A DNA stretch of 63,392 bases, counting the filler, from Rhizaria sp. SCN 62-66 (taxonomy: Eukaryota), in the NCBI GenBank assembly GCA_001724265.1. It is 3 parts of 3 records of this genome, joined end to end, with 100 filler letters (N's around TTAATTAATTAA, not from the genome) between each part and the next. Parts side by side here need not be neighbours in the genome. Positions count along the whole stretch, not along the records: positions 27,283 to 56,680 come from MEDY01000663.1; positions 56,781 to 63,392 come from MEDY01000670.1; 1 more part is not named here. One strand, given 5' to 3'. This document shows, in pieces, positions 55,001-59,700 of the stretch (positions are counted from its first letter, which is position 1; each line of letters opens with the position of its first letter). Both the position numbers and the translations under genes were made by a program. The notes under the pieces are model-generated. The model saw nothing but the letters and a program-made list of their open reading frames with translations. It was not told where the DNA came from and ran no database searches.

Positions 55001-55699
55001 CTCGAGATGGGTCCGCTGCGCCGACGCATCTACGAGGCGCACGCGGCCGGCAACGACGTCCAGGTCGTTATTCGTCAGTGGCGCATCGCGCGCCTGCAGC
55101 GCCGCCGCGAGAAGTCCGGTGAAGCCGACCTCAAGGAGCGCGCCAAGCAGGAAAAGCGCGCTGCGCGCCGTCAGTTGGCCGGCGACGCCAACACCGTGCG
55201 CGTTGTCACCGTTGACGAGACCAAGGACAAACGCTCCGCGTTCGCCCATATGTTCAGCGAAGTCAACCAGGCGCAGGCGCAACCGATTGGCCTCGAAGGC
55301 CCCGCCGACGTTCAGAACGGGCTCTCTGGTGACAACGTCAAGGCGCTTGACCGCGCTACTGCTGTTGCGGCGTATACACACACTGTGGCCAACATGGTCA
55401 ACAGCGGTGTCGACGTCGGCAACGATGCCATGACCAGCTACCTACAGTCCGCGCGCGCGATGGCGGGGCAAGACAAGGAGTTCAATGTGAACCTTGCAGC
55501 AGACTCTGAGTCTGAGAGTGACACTGACGGACGTGGCGGCGTGCTGGTTCCGAACATCGTGCTTGAGGGCGAGGACAGCGACGACGACATGTTCGCAAGC
55601 ACCCACATTGCGATTCGTGCTGGCGCGAGGACCGTGACCTCTGCGGATGGGACTTCCACTCCAAAGGGTACAGTGCGGATTAGTTACAGAGCCAAGTAA
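28043..55699 (+). CDS. Giant intronless multi-domain cell-surface protein, 9,218 aa (signal peptide, beta-rich repeats, Sushi x8, EGF-Ca, IPT/TIG, GCC2/GCC3-type Cys repeats, ~9 TM)
   Basis: Uninterrupted 27.6-kb ORF from ATG to TAA. Signal-like WALILVLSLLQLVIAA, Thr/Ser-rich ectodomain with many NxS/T sequons, and a C-terminal multi-pass region with FLYRGY...YYW...ELFRK and RPF motifs typical of protist GPCR-related/TRP-C-like membrane proteins. Confidence 0.93.
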   Translation: MSPSPHMLCAPSARKLPSPGRSYFLHVSWALILVLSLLQLVIAASHTSFTTVITGTPTRSFLTSKIVTVSATFTPTAVTLPAADVAAAKFVFVCSHASIVTIAAVTVPSSPTVTTLTANTTMKYGFTSTLAAAYASAFSFAFTLDLFAVAPANSDSAASAFSLPAGLCTSTYYNLANEADIVATPSKAFPSVPTWSPAAPILSHAFAHLSTKPLVLSGDAATCSFSFTTNHPYPVYSGKLNMLSACGSSSFSLATAIRGVSTNDASLLYSIADSRTSTSLPFSFDTTGSATPAVGPTTITFDNVNINVTSSVNTTHIFSCFSIELSGISSSSLFTATTMPALSITGIGAPTMYIATARSEIMGSVYWVDAYLLASTAAYSTAITLKSDQASCSQAFRRPTGSDTGFVSTPLLVKRAFVRDYADSIGCSVFTDASTTGSPSWSRTTFTNTRFFINCTSVSNMASMSTGAWIRVRLASVMTEATSIPKECWTVETTTALDSLASVVKTMETAWDITQAVPYAMTVTPGTSATTFKWATGSTTTTSTAVQLHVLSYPSYCPSGVVFASSVAVTSSTFSTTASLSADYRTLTLPTSLANSTDAQFSLAKTAFSSTFYTIPGAYANMRPECFQITMIHNSVIPLQVAQLPKAGMITPDVAGGTDTYTNLTLNLQHTAIKSINVDQPELSQHAMMVDQPVDLAASTTSSSNRTWVLEVSPEFSRDWALVVPSSAPSGATCSFNATNLANSHKDRVTMFCSTTTNGRQNQVSINAVYTAPHNSYYPPLPSLYSYTIVAVLSTTSSNYYINTPSAFSTFSDSVGFTVALKHTSYFLSTFQSANVFYVRTGVVIFATKTRTASISITIPSDSKWRNPSNTYTSISVSDVAHWGRATQSAAACATSGSSDTVRAASCTLPVVTGSTIPPPLGFVLDSFNTPRTTFASAALPSTFFAITGTGATYTQAALSLNPSQPLVFDHGAEYLSAFTKVDTGLTVVTVSLKFQLYNAVKTPGTSTVIYKWGISPACAATITGVVGGTVTGGSTCTVTSVSGLNATISCPVASSSVIPYALATAGVHIYYSTTAVNDMPAETCLSARVTLATSGVTDVQSPWQAPLTAWVNSVASISTRRFYFTVAATRADMFAYDASLGTFSVNMRYKYTLSSYRDTNGAAAGYLITPCSSETAFTIVQSGVTPAPVLSGSGVTTGTTDGFTCSSSLSWSGSTAPKGLYVSGCTAESIALVTSKFGQVRQHYFEVDGVLVGNKAATSACVRINAGTATTDTQPDGITTISFTQSANAMQYHLTTLARSVVPSTVDEFVSSPRIFYHMRMSLYILVPIPTEQTYVYFTIYVDTAACPLLMVGSTTISSRAFSSAWGPSLTNGLCADLGYSNDNRRTIRCPNPGVTSINHRIYTFDIPTLFEAQASATTAAVSCFKATMTDYTLASPYPLEAVPLSPQFSLGQSPSVDLVLRMHQKRIDDSWDISDSISTVSGGSSPWVVGVTSSLAVILHSAIGSGQTLAVELSYVTSASCPAGSFEFLPSNFNLQGFNASATIGSDYTLATSLTCSPSTTMTATRFNLSCVAGTALGIDKIHLFQLDTAFRYRYAVAGFYPQIPQGCFVVTSHPTLLTTTVGPLTEPFNVNYYLSALHPELAIRVYHFSKRLQAADPSASPANYPEHNTFELQIYVYTAAAFVNLTNTLSIEYDMMLTSSLGIVPLEFALVALSPVLSWSCTLGTHPNGIYSGLLTCPQYVLPGVSDNSTPMRLRFTGLETNYGAIWPQLHQSVVLVNQNYSTSVLGMRMTKSQHPLDIAYSINNAYVTHSWSGLSVIVDVNLRIFAHTYFPIKSLTLTLDKSCAPRFSLPMGIPSFDSNHAMMCDGMTNNDQFFMSSLSCSMSTPDAYGALASDTSSAPVTGWIESNVLSMMNAYVSSISELIVPKSCFIFTATDQYNRVYSWTSAVEDVNFVPGTIGPVYDAIYDVSADIIGHTMTSANTFMSVLDVFVIPRRDISDLTFFTLELTEQCLGAVTFMSSVTVSAISTGELSGNEEVGSWTLTASSTSSLTIGCTGACFTPTSTARRIRVSGILFDVLTLGGQSLASLPGVCVQVGTTHLGVHYKRPSITPLPLPTAGTVRHVVQSATAPAASLIGPVTAGDFALFTFTRLAVKNAYVARISFADTNGAVAAVATGNATWPIVSRIYKNSGVSGCVLACASPCSLTSPVFGVECTPTSTVLTCTPAAPCHVYVPIAVSSTLYKRPRRSAYLIGVSLTPTAYTGVLARTVLSLPFTERVDNVPDLTLTDVSVNTSSLNNDPYAYGITVSFKIPSYTVAAGYTRVAFVVTFTDNIQPTPTFFTSGLACSISCVMISVLGNRITFAPATAALAGSSLSVTLADLTFADSKCVNTITGIATAGVCAASSFTVDIITDFQVLNALIASAATPALLAEAAAGRSVNDGAIVARTRSPVLIYPAPPTEHAWTVLSYTETVDPGVQYAYSVVLTPTYDMIFDMAPGANYLVHIDPTTTTAFASLAVSRVSLAFAGADGANQDLVLNGTTPGLWSMTVASLSPFLIMDIVSTNDISLTITFTSNTMLLVPIPGYTRFGPATTSYSRLSEGSFVIPAAKALAPGTAAARPLDPVNAPWLRNSVANSLYLETSVLPPLTTVSSLALYTLVFTVQRGSIQPCAGQVFILRQHVVTTSNLGADAQVLPCAYDTSTSRLECPLTSKAVISAQTLKLRFQFMDCVTAPSSSRVTASGTMQLRLTTVASGGAPNAVNYRGSEVLASASFVLPRVAPWTSTQLITATASLVTPAQNKHDITFPLPSVTGLCPYKQPTYGALRLIIPRAARTSYVLDQLPTSAAGLTYFRDPMNMGYIALNPSGFSVCTGSTANALSVKGVFLHPLTSPTSNYMLQFGEMHDATDQFVPDITLSNVQVTWPAISGNGFLQSSYFSVDSATFVQGTAESSVTANAAITAITSWASFAKMDVRVELSAGCAFDSAMASRVPMAVLSSASDPQFAKKVDLWTDPTTPMVGYLRVTAITGSVVPTKYQIKLSGFICVPGAATIKFSLADPITHVVLSNQITSSALTVTAPPTATDSTESASAPRLICHVVATATPPRSFEVPPAMRDASIMVGNVYDIFCTVTLRRTWLPGQLLFLPPGSGWNSAASRAIQVQGSVTGPASDASNVFTWSTTVAVPPEKRIGVWYYSATAPSTDDASTITAFSTQNGAIVYKNSYSQGSNIAPSQNLSLTFSWYDRASLPSTPNNIPYSISCLSLPSYKATATYNNKQAYFLFSTPTVLPVLSFLQNSATSENAKTNFGAFATMTVNGVSKTPDDKSNIVSSSTLGGTLIRFVVDTKINNNNILSFKFCVFPFTNAADLTKFKTTTPVPITATTGWRFGIWNTGMTTESVGQALRIGGTLPQYLEQSDVPPQFTVRPHPLTGVIGYQPLPHSSTAPPASASMSIRFAYTTEAGVPSTGATMQRVGFFLPQYIVTSTRGLTVTLLPGGQTVTYTADGDSADCTSTGVENMMSSIQPRSNNFATTLANAVSTYQLATTTGTTTCFRAALPTLNATIVTGGEADVTFFNLVQSTTAPPREGAFSMVSFMSSTSVYTSKPLASTTWPRSFPIQPMPRDATASVTVQAAGSSPIIDVMRNAATTRVYRLHASGVITVCPLTTAETINLQGTYTESTPCSTYVDLMAYARLYDVSETVTQKYQGLRGAMTLSPDEMILLVNFNNKVLIAIRRDLITGELIRDSVSTEAFDLSAYLEPTAFTYSGPAARAASQSVAPFIMHDYTSSYGLRFYVTVVVGPQILSFNMIYGSATLWSLVGTTTFSHSSVTSAMLKQEQPSQLQARNTNSFVLCQRIYCILYDRNISAEYVITKRIEFTLSSALATTVPTAGSEGVTRPGAVAIGRALPWVTALDYKVGEYMADDELYYAYCVGTQRVALARVSGLRGLTAITDNRVLSIVDTVALLGTSTEVLGVISVVPTGDGSAVVDVMTKSSGYTTANPIGDVHRMFFTYADSTYNTANTDLPLVSIPDKNILTSVPVPQTEYEWRRLRPSVSQDGRIYTTMSPAAPLATPLSSAPGPLVRVYSLRLAYAKPATTVTPSLYMHRANAAADSLTVDVRHPRKFMTTSATTHAALDWAVWHSLPSSGLPSGSISCGGVSTTLSGLPATSGVGNSSSDAWAPVATGGVYDAAVQCTLTVKSQCYDVRPGFHQYPSIFIASTSDASAVLFQRPIERGMQIEAYASSLVAIVARNCVPLAGNDCDMTLILNTLTSTDVTQLIFLPRIIAFVNGATPTLQYTTESATVGNLACTATSTVQLRCDFSGARANGVTLWVSLGTYKLISSALSDVLSDTIAPHVRFSAGVRFMRAIATTTAATLPVTGVLSGYTAIGTTAVAATSTRVMRFASITPDWREGAMCVSVWGANATRCVKAAFTTNGVNLQSPVELTLDLPTPPADVQRVFLPSGDSFGWSQAEHKLYFWRYCEECAASGATSLYNPLTSTVPERVRSLLNTRQFTQPAPLFTEGGLIQRLHVIRSTHPARGAFVLAVDQTGETIPLRIDPRGNGFSLRTGKAGTSGWTPLATGSGHWDVSKTKIGSAKTGYDITAMVDWTDLAKRSASVLTSILVAFESGALVHYSAPVLARTMTATGYENPTMADLALPLTERVVRKPTGTSPLRAIVVSHEWGLFFTAGDAGIVYYGFFPRGDSALDTASFGDISLTRATDLQFPCSVTSLALNPLATVLVAGCSSGYIYSARVTLTASSLTPTTPVTVAMAFIPRDPTKKYISTVPTFLTPYMTRWYNTLLVNSYDQAYFDSVYTDRFSIKTPWAAVHDVAFHPYGSHVIVLGSNPTVSSVNGAWSVAAYHVSHPITGLNVTVPDNTLGKVTNWTLTATMPSIAYHTATPLMCRLDFPPTTTFPAVTVSTNWASTTVANATAVAAASTTTRSQLQFSLTVTSNAVMTSPLTVTIVGVKNPTQLYDNLSDITFMCRVDSATMTASDGILTRYNNGYEVARGSNGYLAGMLLSATMKKGGQNVESLPSFIVGSTTTLQVVLSTKATSDPIVVQITAYDHATDAASTRCSLSSTSDTYDAAAYGTQIDVTVLVGNDVALFYMHCYSSTPVVSSDGVRLRLTSNSAVAHIATVDTGVFDVLPSVSRSIEYRLPSPSTEVRYNPVSFPASADITVMLRWDAPVYDNNVLIRLTTNALSECTFRDLYNTALPAAATFDIDIGITNSHLTTSARSYDGVVVTCVQINPSVVIFTSHTQALVNLLSTVTQPFNVYGSSYMEEADGFTIPINVVRPFTVNIRPRAQTMSTMSVQLLRNSISMTNSPCRLRTTSTGSDAVTISVTIAANQSNVTAYIICTQSFFLRESIDVSLSYSNNATAGFEIVPTAHIIAYNPNTASSYYRLDGTLMTLTANSTTYRISSGTAFDVFSVFKYPISRASIMVVIAPVTAGCRFSKSSIVYSSMTAESVPGFTTTTSGAAATGIYYSLETGATNDHFFAACTNTSGTLTFERQILSGDNIQWTTLPGIRIRAELLVRTTSVGNMYNYLYSGLQALVLHPLTLVINPAWAGTANVEVVVTGPTSCLFAEGTDFINTIPTEGQLNTIALTSTFHKFIAPGTSSISLRMRCPLTSIGGVVTLTFAVPDASANESAADKTLRESYTAYTSLPINVNGFYDLTWRKVTTSGTVNVAISSSSAATVPITAGQVFADAVVQILVSMRPLPVVNNDLVVTVSLVDDDASACQVSFSENPSSIWLTQLYTSTNATYSVYLWCKSPTSKPIAVRLKVTGTTYGTSYPAFDSTRLQPQGSFELLGLPTNFVTASPIIGSIMLSINPNVPQDIRIERTDSSADCRFTSAAKIADTSSYTATAIVSQTQAQFNNASTRMGPIQFAIYCRRTHVKGPMIRLVSPVGSYVTETFGPYQVQGRMSLSFLHPTTSVAQNITDTDAYSTNDGTEMNSGANVLVMPDPYFLRAPKTDLRNFVLQMAPALSAQTIVRVSLSTIRGSCGFVATDSASSGSSNSTADLSTTFQVLFYLGDSRVNFAVACREATTERPHLIVTAIAGERYITALSRPMRVRGHLEYSDITALTSPMTSFTTKSISIRPVPLPTEETVIQISDATAAGSTTNCVFRLYGATTAYGASPFTFTYTSTMATQEISFYCRRVDASLVTPSTYFTITALNDIYLSAVSPGVALRGALWIEDAVAHDVLTVAPVPLLPMVTVRTMKPHKLRLRIRPGVNSTTLFTILSSQTKCLVGLTTEPAAMSVTVTANPGVETLEAYLVCSQTQGDSQSVTLTLRPQAGTTPYVSYTSAAFTVMSTYVVTLPSGAAFTEFHIREPSRLKLSFEPTTGLPYLTTSRVTVPAVLVGECVLTPDVTGTTAPADTAVWAKTLTLTAAAGSKEVYFWIRCNDYTRGRSVAAASMPRLEITRESGELFWPLTTATFETYYTTCAVYADVSNGVITSTPAEFGVRGYGSVLTYSCNTGYNLNTTLSNAAVAAECSTSTNAYGLPETTCTQQVRCAWDGWAATTMPVCSLHLCPVIQAPTSGSITRTLGYSSGESTYNASATFSCSVGYYVEGATGIKCTRGGWSAAVPQCLGVVCPTLESREGVDVESVSFSTNPPRYTSTATYVCPSGYRAVLNNTRRCLADGTWDGEPGVCTTSECTPLLYDTERMQPLTYRNAAGVTLPSRTKYDMTTTVTYACKAGYEFQITSATHTSVRTCTDNTWMPIYVPVCTYKTCPSLTRQYGTIVQTPASLANKFSVNLTMACAYGTLPNAPDLTSIWCNETGQWSANLTTCDPKYCGAPSTSSSMTVEVADGVAKQGINYNSSTAVYRCSDGYDLSYAGYAVNDGTGVVAYRASSLQLRATRTCLPDGWVPAGTPQCSLHVCAALTVPTNGKDVLYTSPTGVSTNSSTTNAVRVYGSTAQYRCNAGYEPRNAQDTSQAHSAMRSCGNIDVGWNNTEPACIPYNCGPAHTIPYLGNITYEYDPIVTPTPTSYLSTAVYTCADGFMMQSGGATATRQCLGAELGWSPTPPVCVDVNECDASGAYFFDCAAAYGASSRCINTFGSFVCTPYVTSSPALEAVVTEQQYTSYMLNPSLYPLPATVDASTRTINPADASGGQPVAFAVARGRNLAAPYVKAVMFSNPSISAFPGLLNYDCYNVNVTDHPTFAATMLRVQCLLSPGQGMDLYLRVQFCYAESIEIGAKINCDRWNWNWDGATVNHPDMAVNSNYKLRYPAPSFVASSLFSVTYDSGRTDDYVMPSVMGEQIGFDVSNLYFDRPKLLAMHMGEGSTTDDFPYDCEVNIKKSLELSTVNRTIVCRVPDMVNKANLLFKLTLAGHSAYSKDQLSYPQIPRVDSVTGCAQSSANSTTGVITTNGCSTEGSDYLHVTGNAFIEPLTAFVHGRRCVIEQYIDSTNFYCRVPVGTGSSLTFIVKASTQTVQVDNLLSYAAPVIESIDGCASTQSGVNMVVNCARQGGNVLLIRGRNFGYDGATVTIGGISCLYSLPHRVVRCHLPPGTGLNQRIVLSQRYGAASTQNFFLSYVQCTVGTFERGYSCQACYPGEYNNRTGSQAQCIQCPSGTHASGYGSTQCLSCPAGSYSPLGSASCILCPRGTFSGAKADRCAQCVPGTYASREGSTACAKCGENAEQTTDYAYCQCKAGYYQALTGVCTACAHGGDCSLGGTTAYSIVSLESYSPSAIQDDVVKAVRMSIDLHMSAVTAAEQAAVRALVTKVLFDDNTLPQERVVVSSITPQMIESGSYYGARVVLLITPSYSQNGLVAHTDTATKSMSRYASLINSEMYGSNSATDLTAVSSANFAIAQWSTRNATVAPEIASLLDIIMALFRRDNTTSGGSNNTLSVAESILGSAYVSEPSLDIAFARRPVSSFQECFHEACMSGSNCKAGHGGNLCTVCEPGYGRQSTFTCRQCFSAPVQALYLTASILAAILICAVLAWKQIVDGRKSTNELPAPAVPLLFKIAVSGIQIFAIAARYDVYWPGILRPFFDAMDVIGGLGTTIATLDCFLPYNLSIRPFWVSSIAIMLLPLVGILLPLAVLLPSYLLNRRNYHDQVKLALKDQRKHLVIMAEEYLEYTQAMRRRRAAEVALQEENNIDKPDAKLGHVKPIWDSVDESGELGVAGHNASQLAALATMHETAMLKDGRKVFSDIQVHEREDRRTRLRSNSDEEEEHTARIAGKSMSASASAQKAGRSGPLPPPPTPATPAGPGSASALSGAVLGTAARGRVVRRRVVKRTHVAAANNSSAGDDYASGSGASSKTRRSTHGSAADTDSQPRSIADTLALSPALSPALTPALSSMGAEVPAYMTVHADESTQLEMTMLPNTIATHAGNAGAEDNDADSLFMHADELDFVPVAVLPNAHAHAASIARKSRPDQRQNDPLAKYRAMQEKLEHEAAAAVAEAAALRAGRATAIESPFVLPQAAGSINTAGGVVRAGKHNELDMLHLDSNANARDRNAGDMFNLVETDNLPADAGADCGARALASGALAVNADVFNDVYIDEEGNEFDLRQEYSVQNDGFNKDEDFEVSFLREDSFNINENVHNQHAAMMLDVAPIAADEHATHEQFAAMMARYMPFRKDPTADAAAAAAAGAGGNTAGSAKQTDEEKQQLRRSLLDSVGGDAVDAADAANINYLATAEFELLYESELYRVRAVRKERAIARVRARSRRDWYLKTYGKVAGKKMLHELEIADGNKRPTAAELRHNIDVTESRYLFAPAELIGFIVTSITVVMFVMHPNIAKQFFTFVSCHEIGGTDWVGASYFLGDMTVPCWGSDHTMFFLALGLPMGLIWVFGLPMFACWYLYSNRGLIQMHHSGVSSVMRKRKLAFESRMAFLYRGYRTTRYYWFLAELFRKVVLVAIPVFFPGALHTQLILAALVVFLFIAAQVSARPFENKITEFVEYFSLFSSFMIFFLANFLFIESVNSTVKDSVKWVIVFILIFFILAVVVAFILLAREELEMGPLRRRIYEAHAAGNDVQVVIRQWRIARLQRRREKSGEADLKERAKQEKRAARRQLAGDANTVRVVTVDETKDKRSAFAHMFSEVNQAQAQPIGLEGPADVQNGLSGDNVKALDRATAVAAYTHTVANMVNSGVDVGNDAMTSYLQSARAMAGQDKEFNVNLAADSESESDTDGRGGVLVPNIVLEGEDSDDDMFASTHIAIRAGARTVTSADGTSTPKGTVRISYRAK
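47416..49180 (+). repeat. Eight tandem Sushi/CCP-like domains within the giant CDS
   Basis: Eight units of C...(Y/F)xCxxG(Y/F)...C...W...C, e.g. ATYVCPSGY...RRCLADGTWDGEPGVC; the fifth unit is more diverged. Confidence 0.85.
49181..51130 (+). other. Calcium-binding EGF-like motif, IPT/TIG-like domains and GCC2/GCC3 (ephrin-receptor-like) Cys repeats within the giant CDS
   Basis: VDVNEC...CINTFGSFVC; PVIESIDGC...GGNVLLIRGRNFG...CHLPPGTG; repeated CxxCPxGT(Y/F/H). Confidence 0.8.
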
Positions 55700-56586
55700 G
55701 ATAATGAAGTGTCATGGGCACTTCATGGAGCATCATCTAAGAGGTATGATGTTCAGTTTTTAACCGTTAGTTAAGTTAACTGCTTCTTTAATAATTTTTT
55801 TTATTCGTTAACCGCTATCAATCAATTTATTAAATATTCCCAATTTGATATTCCGTTTAAATTGTCAGGCAATGCCTGTGTTCCCATGTAGATCCGATGT
55901 TGCTTTGCAACGTCGCTTTTCTGCTATCATACCGGTGTTGAAAGTCAATTGCGGTAAGATAAGTTTAATGTGTTCAAATTTAGTCAACTGCGACGAAATT
56001 ATTTGTGCGCCTCGGGGTTATATTTTGTATGTACAGCAATTGTCCCCTGCGTCTTATACGTTTGTGGACTTAGCCTTCGTTCTTGTTTCTTTCAGGAGCC
56101 GTGCTGCTGTTCTTTGTTGTTTGATCTTGTTCTTGTTCGGGCGAATTCGTCGAGAATTTCCGCTGTCATAGTGTGCCTTTGCTTTGTTTTTTGTCTGTTG
56201 TGTATTTTCTACGGTATCATTATCCCTCGCTTAGTTAACCCTGAGTGTCCTCGTATAATTTCTTTGCTAGTATCTTTGAAACCGTGCGAATCTGGTTTTA
56301 GTTTATGCGTGCGCTCTTTGTTTGCTGCTCTCGCTGTTGCTGCTTTGATGCACACAGCTATCGTAGTGATACATGAAGCGACGTGTTCACACAACCATCG
56401 ATGTGCGTACGCTCGGAATCAAAGCAATGGATGTGTCTTGTAACGCATCACCCCATACGCCATGGGGATCGCGTGGATCGTGTGTGCATTCGCAATTCGA
56501 TCCCGGTCGCTGATTACTTTGTTATTCGAATTCTATCGATTCAGAATCAAAACTCATATCATTTGCAGTGTTCCGTTTTAGAGTAT

Positions 56587-56680
56587 TTTGTTTGTTTGTT
56601 TGTTTGTTTGTTTGTTTGTTTGTTTGTTTGTTTGTTTGTTTGTTTGTTTGTTTGTTTGTTTGTTTGTTTGTTTGTTTGTT
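56587..56680 (+). repeat. (TTTG)n tetranucleotide microsatellite, ~23 units, at contig end
   Basis: Perfect TTTG array running into the linker. Confidence 0.95.
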
Positions 56681-56780
56681 NNNNNNNNNNNNNNNNNNNN
56701 NNNNNNNNNNNNNNNNNNNNNNNNTTAATTAATTAANNNNNNNNNNNNNNNNNNNNNNNNNNNNNNNNNNNNNNNNNNNN
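56681..56780. other. Artificial contig linker (N44 + TTAATTAATTAA + N44)
   Basis: Same 100-nt structure as at 27183. The right-hand contig begins inside a CDS. Confidence 0.97.
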
Positions 56781-59700
56781 CCGCCGTGCGCGCGCTGCTC
56801 GCGCGCGCGGACCCGGCTTTCGCTGCGCTGTCCGCGGCGGCTGTGGCTGCAGCAGCGGCCTCGCGCGCGGGCGCGCTGTCCGCGGCGTCGCGCGCGGCCG
56901 CGCTGGCCCGCTGGCGCTGCGCCTTCTGCACCGCGCATCCCGGCTCGTGGGCGCGCGGCGCGTACCGGCCCTTCCTCCGCGCCGCGCGCGCGGGCACGCT
57001 GCACGACCCCGAGCCCGACGCAGCCGACTCGGACGCAGACTCAGACGCTGACGCTGACGCCGACGCGGACGCCGACGCTGGCGCTGGCGCTGGCGCTGGC
57101 GCGGACAACAAAGCTCTGTACGCCGCCAATGGCGGCGACGACGACGACGACGATGACTTCTTGGCGGCGTTCGACGTGGACGCCGACGACGACTACGACG
57201 CCGAGGGCGACGGTGACGGCTGCGGCGGCGGCGGCGCGGTCAAGAGCGAGGCGCGCGTCAAGCGCGAGCGTGAGCGCGAGTCGGCCGTCGCGACGGGCGG
57301 CAAGGTGCTCTCGGCGCGGCGTGCGGCGGCGCGGGCCACGGCCGCCTTGGCGACATACGACCCCAAGGAGGATAGAGACCTAGACGGCTCATCCTCATCC
57401 TCCTGTGACGCCAGTCCGGACCGCAAGGGCGGCGATAGCGCGGGGCCCGCAGACGCGGACAAACAGAGCCACCGCAGACTGCCACGCGGGCCCCTGGCCG
57501 CGTTCCTCACGCCGCCGACGACGCACGCCCACACACGAAATCTCAACAACAACAGCGGCGGTCCAAGCTCCCGCGATCGCACTGCCCCCACGCTGTCGTC
57601 CGTACCCGTCGTGAATACCGCACGCAGTGTCCAGCATGTGTCGCGCGCCGCGGCGCTGCTGGCGGCGGTGCCCGAGCGTCGCTGCGCGCTGTGTCCCAAC
57701 GTGGTGGACCGCGCGCTGCGCCCCGCGGCCCCCGGCGAGCTGCCCCCCGGCGTCGTCAGCGCCGCGCAGAAGGCCGCCAGTAGCAAGGCCTTGTCTGCGC
57801 GCGCCGCCAAGGCCGAACCCGCGTCCGCGAACGGCAAAAACAGCGACATCGGTGACGGCGGCACTGGCAGCGCGCAGCTGTGGGTGCACCCGTCGTGTGC
57901 GCTGTGGCACGCCGAGGTTGTGCTCGACGACCCGAACCACTTTGCGCGCGCGCGCAACTTCGCCGGCTTCCCCGTGGGCCGCCTCAAGCTCGCGTGCACG
58001 GGCTGCGGCCAGCGCGCGCGCGGCCCCGCGCTGCAGTGCGTGTACCCGCGCTGTAGCGAGTCCTACCACCCCTCGTGCGCCGCGCGCGCCGGCGGGGCGC
58101 GGCTGCAGCTGCGCGAGCCAGAGCGCCGCGAGCGCCGCGCGCCGGCCCGCAGCCACAAGCGCGAGCGCAAGGCGACCGGCGCGAAGGCGAGTGCCGCGAA
58201 GGCTGGCGCCAGGGCGAGGTCTGCGCGCGGACGAAGCCGCAGCCGCAGTCGGGGTCATGGCGGGGCTGCTGATGAGGACGACGACGGCGATGGCTATGAC
58301 CGCAAGGGCGGCGTCGACGTCGACGCGGACGACTATGACGACGGCGAGGTCGAGGCTGAGGAGGACGAGGACGACGAGTACGACGTGTTCTTCCACAGCT
58401 ACTGCCCGCGGCACTGGGCGCTGCGCGGCTTCGTGCTGTCGGACAACTCCGGCAAGGCCAAAGGCCGCCAGCAGCGCGAGCAGCAGCGCGCGCAGCTCAC
58501 CGCCAGCCACGCGCGCGCGCTCGCCGCGCCGCTGCAGCCCTCCTCGGCCTCAACCTCTGCGGCCTCCTCTGCCGCACCAGCGTCCGCGGCGGCGGCGGCG
58601 GCGGAGACGGCGGGCTCGGCTGCGCAGCGCCGGCCCAAGCGTCACAGCGGCGACCTCCTGGCCCCCGCCTCTGCCGCGGCCGGGGGCGCCACGCCGGCGT
58701 TTCGCGCCCGCGGGCCGGCGCGCGCGAACCCCGCCACGGCCACTGCTAGCGTCAGCGCGAGCGCGAGCGCGAGTGCTAGCGAGGACGATAGCGACGGCGG
58801 CGCGGCCGCCGCGGGGCCCCGCACCAAGCGCGCCGCCGCTGCGACCGCTGCCACTGCGTCTGCGACTGCCGCGCGCGGGGGGCGGGGCGCGCGCGCGCCC
58901 CAGCCCCGCGGCCGCGCCAGCGCCGGCGCCGACTCCGGCGCCGCAACCGCCTCGAGCGCGGCGATCGAGCTCGGCGGCGGCGAGGAAGATGAGGCTGCCG
59001 CGGTGGCCGCCGAACTGGCCGCCGCGCAGCAATGGCGCTGGGCCCCGGGCGCCGCCGCCGCGCTTGGCCTCACGGGCGATGACGCGGACGCAAACGGAGG
59101 CGCGAACAGGCGCGGCAGTCTCGGCGGGCTGGGAATGTCCGTCACGCTGACCTCTTCATCCTCGTCGTCGTCGTCGTCGTCGTCCTCAGCTGCTTTGTCG
59201 TCGCCCTCGTCGGAGGCTTTCGTCTCGGCGCTCGCGTCAGCACAGGTGCAGGCGCAGGCGCAGGCGTCGGAGCCGGTGCGCCTGCTGGCGACCAAGCTGA
59301 GCGACGCGCAGCTGTCCGCGCTCTCGGCGCTGGCGGCGCTGCTGCCGTCAGTCATAGTCGACTCGGGCGCCGCGCCCACGGCCGCTGCCGCCGCCGCCGC
59401 TGCCCCGATGCGCGCGTGGCCGTGCAACGAGGGCCCCGCGGTATTTTCGCCGGCCATCACGCACGTCGTCAGCGGCGCGCTCTCCCCGCTCACTGCCGTG
59501 CCCTCATCAGCAGCAGCCGCCGCCGGTGTGCGGGGCTCGCGCGGCCGCGGCCCGGGCGCCTCGCCGTCCTTCACCTCGCCCGCGACCGCCGCCGCGTCCG
59601 CCGCCGCTGCCGCGCGCGCCGGCGCGGGCGTGGGCGCGGGCGTGGTCGCAGAGCGCACGGTCAAGTACTTCTTCGGGCTCGCCGCGGGGCTGCCTGTGCT

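Noticed and set aside
28108-55664. Numerous short overlapping or antisense ORFs within the 9,218-aa gene
   Set aside because: Shadow ORFs with no independent motifs.
55845-56736. Hydrophobic 108-157-aa ORFs downstream of the giant gene
   Set aside because: T-rich non-coding composition, partly translated microsatellite, with codon usage unlike the real genes.
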